NCBI GenBank assembly: GCA_052055015.1
Contig: JBQJIT010000025.1
Source of the DNA: Malassezia furfur
Lineage: Eukaryota
DNA length: 54,194 bases
Strand: one strand, 5' to 3'
The translations under genes were made by a program, and so were the position numbers. The notes under the pieces were generated by a model that did not search any database, had not been told where the DNA came from, and was given only the letters and a program-made list of their open reading frames with translations. Shown here piece by piece: positions 20,629 to 31,100 of the stretch; positions within the stretch are counted from its first letter, which is position 1, and every line of letters starts with the position of its first letter.

Positions 20629-22419
20629 TTAGCGAACCTCGGCATGCGACGCGGTGCGCGTATCCGACTCGGATGCGTGTTCGCCCGAATACACGGGCTG
20701 CACACCGCTGTGACCTTGCGGCGGCATCGAGTCCGAAACCTTGGGGCGTTTCATCATCTTCATGTCGTCCAGCGCAAAGTTTTGCGTCCCAAAGTTGGTC
20801 GAGGGGAACGACTCCGTTGAGCCGCTGTTGCCCGACGCGGGCACCGAAGCGTGACCCGCGCTGGTCGGCGTGCCCGACGCAGGCTGCGTACTCTGGTCGC
20901 CGTCCTGGTGCGCACCTTCGTTCGCCGACGAGCTGTAGTCGTCGTTGGGGCGCTTGATGCCCGATACGCGGCGGTGTGCGCCATTCGCACCCGGCTGCAT
21001 GGGCATTGCACCTTGGGATTGCTGTGTGTTCACCTCTGCGCCATGCTCCAAGCGGCGGTCGACGTTTATGTTCGACACGGGCGTCGAGCGCATAGACTGG
21101 GGCATGCCCTGCGCGCCGTAGTGTGCATTCGACGGAAACATCCCGGGGCCTGCCGAGGATGGCGGAGGGACCATGCCTGAATGGTGCTGGTGATGAGGGT
21201 AGTACTGCTGGTACTGCTGGTAGTGCAGCGCCGAATCGTTGGCGCCCGCCGCCGACTGGTCGTGCGGGGCCTGTGCACCACTGCCCCAGTGGTTCTGGTC
21301 GAGCGACGCGTGCAGCGGCATACCGGCGGGCATCTCGCCGCTGCCAACCTCCTTCATCGCGGGGTTGCCCGGCGTGGGCGCAGGGTAATGGCGCTGAACA
21401 TGGCGTTCCTGCGCCGCGGCCATCACCGCTGCGGTCCGGGGGTAGTTGTCGGGGTGGTACAAGAACGACTGGATGTTGGGCTCAAACAGCGGGTAAAGCG
21501 CGTCGGCAATGCCGTGCTGCTCCGCGAGCTGCTTGCCACGGTTGAACGCGATCCAGACACCCTTGAGGTGCATCGCACCAACCTTGACCACGATGCGCTC
21601 CTTTTCGTTCTTGAGGATACCGTCGCGCTTGCCGCGCGACATGCCGCAGACGTTGAGAAGCTTGGTGCCATTAACCATGTTGTTGTCGTGGCGCCGAGCA
21701 ACACAGACGCCCTTCACATCCACCTGGAAGCACAGCGTCCCCTCGTCCTCCCAAAGCGTGGTCGTGACGCGATGACGACCCGATAACGGCAGCTGCGTGC
21801 CGTACTGCGGTGTAGAGCCGTACGAGGGTGCCTGTACCACGGAACTGGACGCCATCGGCACCCCTGGGCCCGCAGGGAGGCCTCCACCCTGGGCCGATCC
21901 GGCCATGGAGAGCGGCGCACTCGCCTGCGCGTGGTGCGACGCCATGTGTCCCGCAGCATGGGGGGTGTATCCACCGTGCGGCATCATCCCCCCCATCATC
22001 TGGTTGTGGTATGCGTGCGTCGAAGACGCGGCCGGATAGTGCGGAGGGTGGCCGTAATGCGAAAGGTGGCCCATGTAGCTGGGGTACGGAGGGTACGCGT
22101 GGCCAGAATACGAGCCGCCGTACATGGGGTGCTGCGCCGCACCGTACGCACCGTAGGGCGAGGTCATGGGCGAAATCTGCGCATTGGGGAACGACCCCGC
22201 CGCCAGATGGTGCGGAGTGGGCTGCACGCTATCGGGATACAGGCCGACCCCCGACGTGTGGCCGACGTGGGACTCCGATGCGGGCGTCATACCCGAACCC
22301 GTATGGCCGTGCATAGGGGGCGCATTGCCATGGCTCACGGGTGTCTGTGCATGCTGCACCGCAGATGCACCGTACTGCGACGGGCTCGCAGCTGGAACCG
22401 AGGGACTTGCCGTGGACAT
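20629..22419 (-). CDS. APSES transcription factor (StuA/Efg1/Ust1 family)
   Basis: RVTTTLWEDEGTLCFQVDVKGVCVARRHDNNMVNGTKLLNVCGMSRGKRDGILKNEK...MHLKGVWI is a canonical APSES domain. Confidence 0.95.
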   Translation of the reverse strand: MSTASPSVPAASPSQYGASAVQHAQTPVSHGNAPPMHGHTGSGMTPASESHVGHTSGVGLYPDSVQPTPHHLAAGSFPNAQISPMTSPYGAYGAAQHPMYGGSYSGHAYPPYPSYMGHLSHYGHPPHYPAASSTHAYHNQMMGGMMPHGGYTPHAAGHMASHHAQASAPLSMAGSAQGGGLPAGPGVPMASSSVVQAPSYGSTPQYGTQLPLSGRHRVTTTLWEDEGTLCFQVDVKGVCVARRHDNNMVNGTKLLNVCGMSRGKRDGILKNEKERIVVKVGAMHLKGVWIAFNRGKQLAEQHGIADALYPLFEPNIQSFLYHPDNYPRTAAVMAAAQERHVQRHYPAPTPGNPAMKEVGSGEMPAGMPLHASLDQNHWGSGAQAPHDQSAAGANDSALHYQQYQQYYPHHQHHSGMVPPPSSAGPGMFPSNAHYGAQGMPQSMRSTPVSNINVDRRLEHGAEVNTQQSQGAMPMQPGANGAHRRVSGIKRPNDDYSSSANEGAHQDGDQSTQPASGTPTSAGHASVPASGNSGSTESFPSTNFGTQNFALDDMKMMKRPKVSDSMPPQGHSGVQPVYSGEHASESDTRTASHAEVR

Positions 22420-22826
22420 TGATTATCCCCGCCGTGTTCTAACGGTACTGGAATGGGGCCTTCAAGGGACGAAACGCAGTGGACTATGCACACTTGACGC
22501 GAGTACGTCGAACTGGGCGCACTTGCTGCGTGAGGATCCAAGGATTCGACGTCAAGCACCCCAAGACGTAGTGGAACTATGTCAGGATGCGGATGCCGGG
22601 TGCAGGCACCCGCTTTTGCGTGCAGTTTGCGTCAGGGCTTTGTCGCCGACTGCGCACCAAATCGGATGCGTCGCAGCCACCCACAGATTGCCAGCATTGC
22701 ATATTTCGGCCGAATCTCCACGTGATGTGACGATGGGGAATCTTTGTCATGCTTGCCTAGTGAGGGCACGCGCCTCCATCCAACGCAGGGTGCACACGAT
22801 CGGCACCTGCATCTTTTGGCACCGCG

Positions 22827-24637
22827 ATGGAGGAGCGCCGAGAGCACGACGCCGCTGCGCGATCCAACGCACCAGGTCCTGCACAGCCTGAAATCGCAGG
22901 CGGACCAACTCAAAACGATATTCCGATGCAAAAACCAGCACCAGATTCACACATATCTTCGCCGCCCGATACCTCCGCGCCGCAACTGCATGCACCTACC
23001 ACGGACCCGGCAACGAGGCAAGACGCACCGCGCAATGACTCCGAGCGGGAGCCGGACCATGCAATGGAACGTGTGCATTCCAATGAGGAGCAATCTGCCG
23101 AAGCCCACGACATGGGTGGCCTCGATCCCAACAACCCGGACGTGCAGCAGCAGCTGCGTCAACAGGAGATGAACAAGCTCATGTGGTTGTACGTGCAGAA
23201 CACTCACCGTGCAGATCCCTCCCAGAAAACGACCAGTCGGCCTATTACTCGGATGAAGATGAAGAGGATTCGGACTGTGACTGGAACGAGCCAGGACCGT
23301 CGCAGTACACGAATCGGAACCACAAGCTTCGCGTGAAGGACGGAATGCGTTGGATCCATCGCGGGAAGCTCGGCGATTGGACCGAGGCCCGTGCTGACAG
23401 TGAGCTGCACCAGCGCGAGGACCGTCGCATTCATGCATTCCAGCATGCCAGCGTTGAAGCTCTACTGGAAGCGGAAGCGCACATGATCGGCAGTATGGGT
23501 GCGATGCTGCGTGACCCTGTTCAGCAGAAGCGACGCCGTATGGGTATGCTAAACAAGCGAAACAAGCGTCGAAAGGGCGCATACGACGAAGATAACGACC
23601 TCCTCAGTGACGACATGGATCAAGAAGAGCAGCTTTCATTAAGCGCAGCTACGTTGGCTCCGTCGCTTTTGCTCCCGGTCTTGAATGCTCATGACCTGCT
23701 CAAGAGTCGGCTTCTGAAACAAGTCTTCAACAACTCGCATATCACGTCGTTGAGTCGCACGGCGCTCGACTTGCGCGAAAGCGAACACAATATGAAGCAT
23801 GCGCTGGGTCGCTGCTTCGGTGTGATGGAGCGTATTTTCGACTCTGACCCACGAGAAACTGATACCAATGCAGTTGGAACCGTCAACAAGCGTGTCAATG
23901 TCGAAAACTCCACGAGCATGCGCAGTGAGATGCCACAGGTGGAGAAAAGAAACGACGAGCCTACCGAAAAGGTGGACAAGCACGACGAGGAGGGTCCAAA
24001 AAACCAGGGCTCGTCAGAACAGCACGACGTCAAAGATGAACAAAACGAAGGCGAATTGAGCACCGCCGATGCTACCCATCCGGCGTCGGCGCCGGCCGAT
24101 TCACCCCACGTGTTTGACCCCATGGCCCCGTTGGACGATGCGCCCCCTCTAGCTCAGATTAACAATTTATTCCTCACTAAGGGTGGGCTCACGGTCCCTA
24201 TGCCGGATTCCAATCCTGATTCGGATACGCCTCAAACGATCACCATCTCGGAAGAAGAGCAGCGCGACATTGTGTACGCCAGCCTTGGATGTCTCAACGA
24301 TCTGTATATGGACAGTCTGGAGTATATGGAGCGCTTAGATGAAGTGCGCTCTATACTCTCCGATATTGAACGGCACAGAAACCATGTCTGGAACATGCTG
24401 CGGATGTGGGCCACCAAACGCGACAACGAAGAATATCGCGCGTCGACCATGTACCGAAACGCACGGGCCAACTTGCGGAGCGCGCGCGGCTCGAAAAGTG
24501 GTAATCGCAATTTTGGACAAGGTGCAGACGACTTGAAAACATCCAATACTGCATCTACGAGCGTTGGAGACCGCGGCAGTGGAGAGTATGCGGGCTCTTC
24601 GAGCCGTAGTCGTGCAAAACGACGCACAAACAAATAG
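22827..24637 (+). CDS. Rxt2-like histone deacetylase (Rpd3L) complex subunit
   Basis: 26-nt intron 23189-23214 joins the two ORFs in frame; TNRNHKLRVKDGMRWIHRGKLGDW resembles the Rxt2 N-terminal motif; C-terminal coiled coil LEYMERLDEVR. Confidence 0.6.
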
Positions 24638-24741
24638 CCGCCCCACTGTAGGAGTTTATTGATACCGTATTATCAATTAATGCCTCCACCCAAACACAAA
24701 AAACTGCAGCAGGTTAAATCCCAAGCGACATGGGAGAGGCC

Positions 24742-24755
24742 AAAAAAAAAAAAAA
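24742..24755 (-). terminator. RNA polymerase III oligo-T terminator of tRNA-Asp
   Basis: T14 on the minus strand, 1 nt after the discriminator base. Confidence 0.8.
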
Positions 24756-24756
24756 G

Positions 24757-24841
24757 CTTCCGCGCCGGGAATTGAACCCGGGTCTGGTCCGAACCAAGTC
24801 GTAATGACAAGGACCCGTCATAGCCACTAAACTACGCAGAA
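24757..24841 (-). tRNA. tRNA-Asp(GTC) with 13-nt intron (24804-24792)
   Basis: Acceptor TTCTGCG/CGCGGAA, discriminator G, anticodon stem GGTCC/GGACC with loop TT-GTC-A[intron]C, T arm CCGGG-TTCAATT-CCCGG. Confidence 0.92.
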
Positions 24842-24994
24842 CGCTCTGCCAACTAACCGCGATAGTTGCAAATAAAACGGTGTTTCCTATGTTAGTAAAA
24901 TGCCGGTCCATGTGAAACCAGGAAGCGGGGGAAAATAAACTCACTAGCATTGGTTTTCCACTATTCCACGGCACTTAGTTATCGTTTGTTCGGC

Positions 24995-26401
24995 ATGGTG
25001 GACAAAAGCGTACAGCAAGCCGTTGACAAGGCGCAACCTGCTAAGTTCTCTCACCTGCATTACATCGTCAAAGCACTCGTATTCCATGCATTCTTTCTAC
25101 CGACGACAGTGCTTGTGTTCCCCTTGTATCTGCTCCGTGCCCTACTACCCCACTACAGCGGAAAATACAAAAATTGGACATGGATTGAGGCACTGGGCGT
25201 ATTTATCACGCAGCGTGCGATGCGTAACCTGATCCGTTTCCGTATGCAACCGCTTCCTCCTCGCGAGAACGGTTGGCGCGAGATGAACAACATACTTGGC
25301 AGTTTCTTATCACTGCTTAACCTCACTGGCCCTGGTGGTTTTGTCGCTTCCCCGGACCCTGTCCTAAACCAAGTATCACAGTATGTGCGCAAGGGCCGCC
25401 GTGACCGTGACTGGTTTGAGCCGCCGCCGCTGGATGCGCTGAAAGGCATCTTGTCGATCAAGATTGACAACAACCAAGTCATTGACTCCCAGGAATACCA
25501 TGGACCTGCGCTTGTCGAACCGAAGTGGGCAAAGACACGCATTAGGGGTTACTGGTTTATGCACAATGGTATTCATTCTCCTACACCTGGACCAAAGGGA
25601 AGCCAGAAACGTTCTGTGATCCTCTATTTCCACGGTGGTGCAGCCGTTACGTTTGCTGCAGGTGATGTCTTCATGGGACAGACGTTGTGTAAAACGATTT
25701 CCAGCAAGGCACAGATGGATTTGTTCTCTGTGGACTACAACCTCGCCCCACAGGCGCCGTTCCCGGTGCAAATTGTTCAAGCGCTTGCCGGGTATTTGCA
25801 CCTCATTGAGAACTATGGTTACCATCCTTCGCAAATCTTCTTTGGTGGTGACAGCTTCGGCGCATGGTTGGCACTCCAACTCGAGCATTATTTGCGCACC
25901 GATGGGAAGCACTTGATCGCCAACTGGGACAACAAGGCTCCGACCGCGTCCGGTGTGCCTGGTCTGCTTTTGATTTCGCCTTGGGTCTGTGCACATGATG
26001 TGGAAACACCGTCGCGGGGTATGAATGGCGTTGGCCATCGTTTCGACATCCTTCTACTCTCGTATGGCCAGTGGGGCTTGGACGCTATGCAAGTGGGGCC
26101 AAAATACCATGACCGTTGCCCCGCACCACTGGATAGCCCATGGCTAAGCCCCTTGTGTTTCTCCAAGGAAGACTTCTCAGTCCTTCCTCCTTCGTTTGTG
26201 TGTGTCGGAAGTGTTGAGGCACTCTACGACGAAGACACCCAGTTTGTTACCGATATTCAAAAAGCTGGCGGAAAGGTCGAGCTCTACGTGGACGACGGCG
26301 GTGTACACGATTACGGCACGATGTCTACCTTTTCGTCCCGTTTCGTCAAAACGTGTGCAGCTATGCATACCTGGCTCAACCAGGTTCAAAGCGCCATGTA
26401 G
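24995..26401 (+). CDS. Alpha/beta hydrolase, hormone-sensitive-lipase family (Say1-like esterase/lipase) with N-terminal hydrophobic segment
   Basis: LYFHGGA oxyanion motif, VDYNLAP, GGDSFG nucleophile elbow, LLISPW, GSVEALYDE, GGVHDY. Confidence 0.85.
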   Translation: MVDKSVQQAVDKAQPAKFSHLHYIVKALVFHAFFLPTTVLVFPLYLLRALLPHYSGKYKNWTWIEALGVFITQRAMRNLIRFRMQPLPPRENGWREMNNILGSFLSLLNLTGPGGFVASPDPVLNQVSQYVRKGRRDRDWFEPPPLDALKGILSIKIDNNQVIDSQEYHGPALVEPKWAKTRIRGYWFMHNGIHSPTPGPKGSQKRSVILYFHGGAAVTFAAGDVFMGQTLCKTISSKAQMDLFSVDYNLAPQAPFPVQIVQALAGYLHLIENYGYHPSQIFFGGDSFGAWLALQLEHYLRTDGKHLIANWDNKAPTASGVPGLLLISPWVCAHDVETPSRGMNGVGHRFDILLLSYGQWGLDAMQVGPKYHDRCPAPLDSPWLSPLCFSKEDFSVLPPSFVCVGSVEALYDEDTQFVTDIQKAGGKVELYVDDGGVHDYGTMSTFSSRFVKTCAAMHTWLNQVQSAM

Positions 26402-26452
26402 CAATTGTCAATTACGACCAAGCGCGTCCCATCCGAAAAATACAAAAAGTCG

Positions 26453-26548
26453 AGGGCCGCCTGGGGCTCGAACCCAGGACCTCATCTTGTATCCGTCAAC
26501 ATCACGTGATGTAGGAGAGACGCATTCTACCAACTGAACTAACGGCCC
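26453..26548 (-). tRNA. tRNA-Arg(CCT) with 23-nt intron (26511-26489)
   Basis: Acceptor GGGCCGT/GCGGCCC, D arm GTTC-AGTTGGTA-GAAT, anticodon stem CGTCT/AGATG with loop CT-CCT-A[intron]A, T arm CTGGG-TTCGAGC-CCCAG, T5 run at 26448-26444. Confidence 0.88.
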
Positions 26549-26683
26549 ACCAATCATCTCAGGACAGGTATTGTGCATATACAAAACGACAGAGGGCGTA
26601 AGTGTTGGACGTGTGCCTTGCGCAGTGCACGTAATCAGTGGTTTTTTGTGCTCCTACCTCGAACGAGGCGAATTTTGTGGAAG

Positions 26684-27745
26684 ATGCTGCGGCGGTCGGA
26701 GCACACGTACGCTTTGCCTTCTTCCAGGAATTCGCCCCAAAGGAACCCCAATCAGCCACGCTCGGCGCCGCCGTCCCCTGGCGGAGGGATTTTGCTGGCC
26801 ACCCCTATCCAGTATGGCAATGCCGTCACACAGCCGCTTGCATACCGCCATGCGAATTGGTCTTCTTCATCGCTGCCAGCGACTCCACGTGCACCCTCAC
26901 CCAAGGTGATGATGGATTCGCCGTCGCAAGCACCATCTGCTGAGCATTCGGGCTATGATGCGACCAAGTGGTCCTTGGTCGCGATAGAGCGGCCTCAGGT
27001 CCGGGCCAAGTATGTGGTATCCCTATTGTACTGGCCCACCAAGACATTGTACACCTGGCCTATCGATCCGCGTAAGCCGCCTGCGCAAGGCACCTGCTTT
27101 GTAACGCGCGTGGATGTCACCGACCAGCTGGAGACAGATGCGAACGGGACGCTGCGGAAAAGTTTGCGCTTGCTTGAAGATTGTCTACGTACATGGATCC
27201 GCTACACACGGTCAAGCTCGCGCCCGCGTTCGCGATCTCCCAGCGGTACTGGACGTATCGTCGCCACAGACGTTGAGATCGAGCAAGTCAGTTTGATGCT
27301 TCAACTCCAGCTCACGACGCCGGCTGCGCGTGCACAATGGTTGAGCAGGCAAAAAGTACCCGATGTCATCCCCGTATCGACGCCGACATCCCCGGTCATT
27401 ACGCCTAACTCCATTCCGGAGGAATCAACGAGCACGCACGGGAAGGGTATGCCGGGCGGGAAGACCCTCTCGCCGACGTCCGTGCGCCGTGCGCCTTCTG
27501 GTTTTGCGCCGATCTCCCCCCCGTCGCAAGATGGGCGCCAGAGGACGCCCGCATCCCACATGACAGCATTGCCTCCTGAACCGGTGATGGAGAGCAGGGG
27601 GCGCGCCCCCACTGTGCTTGTAACCGAGTCGTCCCCGGCGACGACGTCCCTGCCGTCTATGGGCGCTGTCCCCCCTAAGAAGTCCAATCTGGACTCGGCC
27701 GTTGAGGCGCTCTCTCTGCGTGATGGCCCGTCCTCTGCTGTCTAG
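26684..27745 (+). CDS. Hypothetical protein (S/P-rich ends, compact central domain)
   Basis: Long open frame filling the space between tRNA-Arg and the FKS1 3' region; first ATG 26684; no family recognised. Confidence 0.6.
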   Translation: MLRRSEHTYALPSSRNSPQRNPNQPRSAPPSPGGGILLATPIQYGNAVTQPLAYRHANWSSSSLPATPRAPSPKVMMDSPSQAPSAEHSGYDATKWSLVAIERPQVRAKYVVSLLYWPTKTLYTWPIDPRKPPAQGTCFVTRVDVTDQLETDANGTLRKSLRLLEDCLRTWIRYTRSSSRPRSRSPSGTGRIVATDVEIEQVSLMLQLQLTTPAARAQWLSRQKVPDVIPVSTPTSPVITPNSIPEESTSTHGKGMPGGKTLSPTSVRRAPSGFAPISPPSQDGRQRTPASHMTALPPEPVMESRGRAPTVLVTESSPATTSLPSMGAVPPKKSNLDSAVEALSLRDGPSSAV

Positions 27746-28135
27746 ATACTACGTTTTTCCAAGACTTTTTTAGCACAGCCCTTCAATGTCTATAGAAACG
27801 TTAATGCTGGGCTATATCTTAAAGGATGCCGCGGCGCACGGTGACGCGTCATTCGGCGGCGCCCGATGCAGTGGAGGCGGGCCCGCCTGCATCAAACCCG
27901 CGCCTAAGAGCACCGCCCCGCGCAGCGCGGCGCGGGCGCTGCGCGCCAAGAGTTTACGTGCAGTAGGGTAGGAGGAATCGAATCGCTTTTTCGTTGCAGG
28001 GTTCCGCACTGCGAGAGGGACGTGCAGCGCGGCAGCTATTTATGGGAGGTCGTAGCAGCAACCGGAAAGATCGGGACAAGGGGGGAAGGGGAATGGGGTA
28101 GCGCAACGCGCATTGTGCAGCAGCGCATGCACCGC

Positions 28136-31100
28136 TTAGAGCGTAGCGCAGAAGTGGCACTGGTCGGCCTTGGTCTGGTCGTTGCGCGTGCTTGCGATGA
28201 TGATCGGCACGAGGATCAGCGCAAGGAAGACGATCCAGGCAAAAGCAAACACCACCGAGTAGCGCAGCACAATCGAGCGACGCTGCGCGCGTTGGCGGAG
28301 CGAATAGATCGGCGCGTGGATCTGCTTTGAAGGACGCAGCCAAAACAGCGCGGTCGAGTGCAGGCGGTCCACGAACGGCACAGCAAGCGGGATGGACAGG
28401 GCAAAGAGGAGCAGGTGCGCGGTGATGAAGTCGGCCGTGAACATGCTCATTTCGATGATCTTGACCACATACTCGCGTGCCGGCTGGCTGAATGCGTGCC
28501 CACCGAGGCCGCGGCCGTACCAGCGACCCGTCCACCAGGCGCGGTTCGTCTCGTCGTGCTTGAGCTCACGCGAGATGACCACCGACACGAGGATCTTCAT
28601 GATGGCGCGCTGGATCGCAATCATGGCCATGATACCGAGCACAGTGTTACCCGTGTTGTAGTACTCAATGTACCACAGGAACTCGCCCACGGCCAGGATA
28701 CCGCCGACGGCCAGCAGATGCGCCACAGCGGCAATCACGCTGCCAAACTTGGCGCAGCACGAGTGCAGTGCCGGCCCGAAGAAGAGACTCACGAGGAACA
28801 GAATGAGGAGCACCGCGGCGTTCCATGCAATCGGCACAAGCGAGATGATCGCAAGACGCGCAATGCCACCCTGCCGCTCGTTCCCGCGAGTGGTGTTCGG
28901 AAGCGCCGGGAAGCTCTTCACGAAGCAGTAACACACCGAGATGATCACGGCAATGCACACCGGGACGACGACCTCGTGGTACAAGATGGTCTTCCATCCC
29001 GCACGCGGCACGTCGTTGGCGAGCTTCTCCGAGGGATGCCCGAGGCGCTTCTTCTTGTAGCCGGTGATGCGCGTGCGGCTCAGGCGCGTGTAGCCGATCC
29101 AGGAGTTGGCGTGGCTGCGGCTGTTGCCGCGAGACATCCAGCGCAGGAACTCGCGGTAGTCGATGATAAAGTCGGCCAGCGCAAACTGGTGCGGGTTGAA
29201 CAGGAACGGCGCGACACACAGGGCGACCAAGCTGATCCAGAAGTAGATCAGATGCGGCATCCACACGGCGAGCGTCGCGTAGAAGCACATCAGCAGCGCA
29301 CGCATACCCGAGTAGATCGACGGACCCGCAAAGCGGCTGTACAGCAGCGCAAACGTCTGGCGCGTCGTGGCAAAGCCACGGCCCGTGGCGATGTAGCGCG
29401 CACCACCAAACGACAGGTTCGAGATGATCGAGTGCGAGTAGATCTGCGTGATGAAGATCTCAAACAGCGGGCTGAGCGAGACGAACTGCTTTATCAGACG
29501 CACGAACGAGGCAATCGCGCCGCGCTCCGACAGTTCCTGGAGGAAGAGCGGCAGGAAGGCAATCATGAACACCAACAGGATGGAAATGACGGTGCGCTGC
29601 ACCCAGTAGGTCACCGGGCTCAGGTAGTAGCACGTGCCGGTGCCCAGGATGAAGCCGCTGTCCGTGTAGGGGCAGGCCTGGAGCGAGGCGTTCAGCGTGC
29701 CGATAAACATCAGCGCAAACATGAACATGTGCACCGCGAAGATGACCATGATGTTGTTGATGTTGAAACCGGGGTGGCCGTAGTAGAACGTCAGGAAGCG
29801 GTCCACCGGCAGCTGCGTGCCGAGGTAGTAGTACTCACGCGAGAGGATCTGCTCGCCCATACCGTTGCCGAGCTTGGTGATGAAGTTGAGAATCGTGCCA
29901 AAGCCCAGGTCACGGCCCTTACCGCACTGGTAGTACTCGCAGTGCTTGATGCGACCACCACGCGAGAAGACCATGATACCGGCGTAGATATCCTCGTTGA
30001 GATGCAGACCCTTTTGCGCCTTGGACACACCACCGCGCGTGTTCATGTAGAGCGAGTTCAAAAAGTCGGGGTGGCCGTAGTGGAACTTGCCGCCAATCTG
30101 CGCCAAGCCACGACCCGCAAGCGTACCGAAGGTCTGCTCCTTGCCAGCAGCCACGTCACCCAGAATACCAATGTTCTCCGAGAAGATGTACTCGCGCGAA
30201 CCGACGATCGCCACCTGCGCCTTGTCAAACACACCGGCGTTAGGCCCGTACGGGTTCTCCATCGGCATGTCGATCGTCTCAAACTCGGCCAACACGTTGC
30301 GGATCTTGAGACACTCTTCCAGGTAGTTGTCCTGGTTCGCGTCGATCAGCTGCAAGAACTCGCCGCGCGTGAAGATGATCGCATGGTTCTGGTTGTCCGA
30401 CTTGCCGTCACCGAGAATGGGGTTGCCGGGCAGCTCCACGCGGAACTTGGGGCGGCGGCGCCCGCTCGGCAGCATCTCCGAGTGGCCGTCCACCAGCGCC
30501 GAGAACCAGCGCGACTCGCCGCCCTCCTTGCGCGCGGGCTCTTCGTCCAGGTAGGCAATCAGCAGATCGGGGTAGGCACGCAGCAAGAACTCGGTGTTCT
30601 CAATCTCTTCCTTGTTGAAGCGCGAGTAGCGCTGCATCGAGATGACAAACTTGAACTTGCGGCGGCTCATGCGCTCCAGCTCACGCTCCAGACGCTCCGT
30701 GTTGCCGCCAAACAGCTGCACCACCTCGGGGTTCTCAACACGGTACATCAGCTTGATGGCCTTGTTGTAGTTCATGAAGCCCGACACGGTACGGTACAGC
30801 GTTTGGGCACGCAGCGACGACCAAATACGCGTACGCAGCGTGTACTCCGGCGCGGCCGACTTGAAACCGATGCAGTAGAAGGGCAAGTCGTCCGTCTTGG
30901 CACCGTTCTTCATGCCGCTCTTCTCGTCCTCCATGCCAAACGGTGCCGCAACAGGGAAGCCGCTCGTCTCCTCGGCGAGAATCTTGGTGTCCTTCACGAA
31001 GTTGTCCCATTCGACGGGGTGCAGCTGCTTGAGGTACTCGAGCAGCGTCACACGCGTGTTCTGGTCCTCTTCACGGATAATCTCACGCAGCGACAGCAGA

